Assembly (NCBI RefSeq): GCF_000372725.1
Contig: NW_005202368.1
Location: 216,045 to 280,044 of the forward strand
Reading direction: 5' to 3'
Source of the DNA: Emiliania huxleyi CCMP1516
Lineage: Eukaryota
DNA: 64,000 bases
In this document: positions 62,516 to 64,000 of the stretch, one piece after another
Numbering within the stretch: the first letter of the stretch is position 1
Layout: every line of letters begins with the position of its first letter
Translations under genes and position numbers: made by a program
The notes under the pieces: model-generated
Seen by the model: only the letters and a program-made list of their open reading frames with translations
Database searches by the model: none
Told to the model about the DNA's origin: nothing

Positions 62516-64000
62516 TTGTAGTGTCGCGGCCAGCTTTCTGTGAAACAATGCGAATTTCGACGCTGACCTCAGACAGGCTTGTTGCACGAGTATATAGGCC
62601 ACGATGTCTCAAATATGAGGGGTTTTGACTCCTACCGGCTCCTGACGCTATCCCTGGCAGCTCTAATGACCAGGATCAGTACTGCTATGATAGAGGGTGC
62701 CCATACTAGCGCAGGAGCTGCCACACTCGCCCGGACCGTCCCCCTCTGGGGCCGGTTCCGCAGCCCGCGAGAGCCGACAGCGGGGCCGTGCCGCGGGTGC
62801 CTACTGCCGAGTGCCACAAACACTGCGCCGTCCCGCCATCACCTACAGGCTGTCTTGTGTGATGGTTGGGATGTCCAAACGCCACCATCTTGGCTCTTGC
62901 GACCTCAAACCCGCGAGCTGTATGGGTGGTCCTGACGTCGACAGACGCCCGATGACCACGGTGAAGCTGAGCCGGAACGAGTCGACAAGTCTCGTCTGAG
63001 CCCGTGGCGGTCGCCGGCTGAGTCGCCGTGCACGGGCCGGTACCTCAGGCGTCACCTCCGCAGCCTCAGTTCTCAAACTCCACCACCTCCGCCAGGACGC
63101 CGTCGGTGGCACGTTCGGCGGCGTACTTTCTGCAGCTCCATCTCGAGTACGGCGTCGAGTCTACTCACTCCTGTTGGATCTGTGCACTCCCTGGGACCCA
63201 GGGAGTGCACAGATCCAGCAAGCGGTGCGTCCCGGCAGCGCGCGCAGGCTGCGGAGCTGCCACAAACTCGAGACACGCTTTTTGGGCAAGGCGTCTATTC
63301 GGTGCTCTGCACGTTAGGTGCGGCGAGAGAGTTTGCCGCAACTTCTTGATGCGGTCTTTGGTAAGAGTCTTGTTGTTTCTTTATGTTAGACGGCCCATCG
63401 GCTGAAGTTAGTGTTGCTAAAAATCTCTCTCTATGAAGTTGGCGCCGTTGCTGCGTGGTCGCGGTTATTTATGGTGGCGGTCGTGAAGGGCCGTTTGGTG
63501 CGCCCCGGCGGCCTCCTGCACGGCGGGCGGCCGCCGGGGCCGGTTTGGACTGTGTTTGGGGGGGTGGAGGGGTCCGATGGCCGGTGTTATGGTCGTCTAT
63601 CACCCTCCTATCACCCACTTACCGCCCCCGGCCGTGGGGGCCTCTCCAGACGCCGCCATTATGATTTCAAAGGGTCCTGCCGACGCTCATCACAGTGCGG
63701 CGTGGACGGTGGAGGCCTGGAGCCTGCCGGAAAAAATCCGGGGTTTAGCTGGCATATTTCGGGCCCACTTTAGAGCTAGGGCATGATCTTAGGTGTTCTG
63801 GATAGCCCACAAGGGTCTTCTGTGGCATGGTAGCGGTGGTTTTGCGCGAGGCGTTCATTCAAAAATCACCATCAGTCGCGCTCCCAATACGTGCATCACT
63901 TTTGTGACAGGTCTCAGACTTTGAGCGGCCATATCTTGGTAACTATTGATGGTCCACCGGAGAACTCATCGCCATTCGAACGGGCGCCGGGCGCCCGTTC

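Noticed and set aside
63780..64000. Possible transposon end with palindrome GAACGGGCGCC..GGCGCCCGTTC
   Set aside because: Cut by the window edge; no TIR or TSD can be tested

Overview
GC-rich, intron-rich eukaryotic nuclear DNA with several N gaps. Frequent GC-AG introns, introns filled with 10-11 nt repeats, and signal-plus-ASAFAP-like plastid targeting suggest a haptophyte, probably Emiliania/Gephyrocapsa huxleyi (inference, not a database match). About 20 genes can be read: TLC-domain membrane protein, class 3 lipase, XEG113-like GT77 glycosyltransferase, ACBP-ankyrin protein, MATE transporter, Tudor-knot+DUF3598-like plastid protein, Mei2-like RRM protein, F-box/RCC1, ankyrin, F-box/SPRY-like, a sulfatase pseudogene, an LPMO-like fragment, MORN protein, divergent RNase HII, a PAN-TM-IQ protein and a SET protein. 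Mobile DNA: a TIR element with an 8-bp TSD and a CxC5-like (KDZ/Zisupton-type) ORF, CRE-like RLE retroelement remnants, several retroelement 3' ends with microsatellite tails and TSDs, and hAT-like MITEs. Most notable are the many introns bounded by duplicated exon sequence, one containing a copy of its own spliced junction with an internal AG|GT. All domain calls are from motif recognition by eye.
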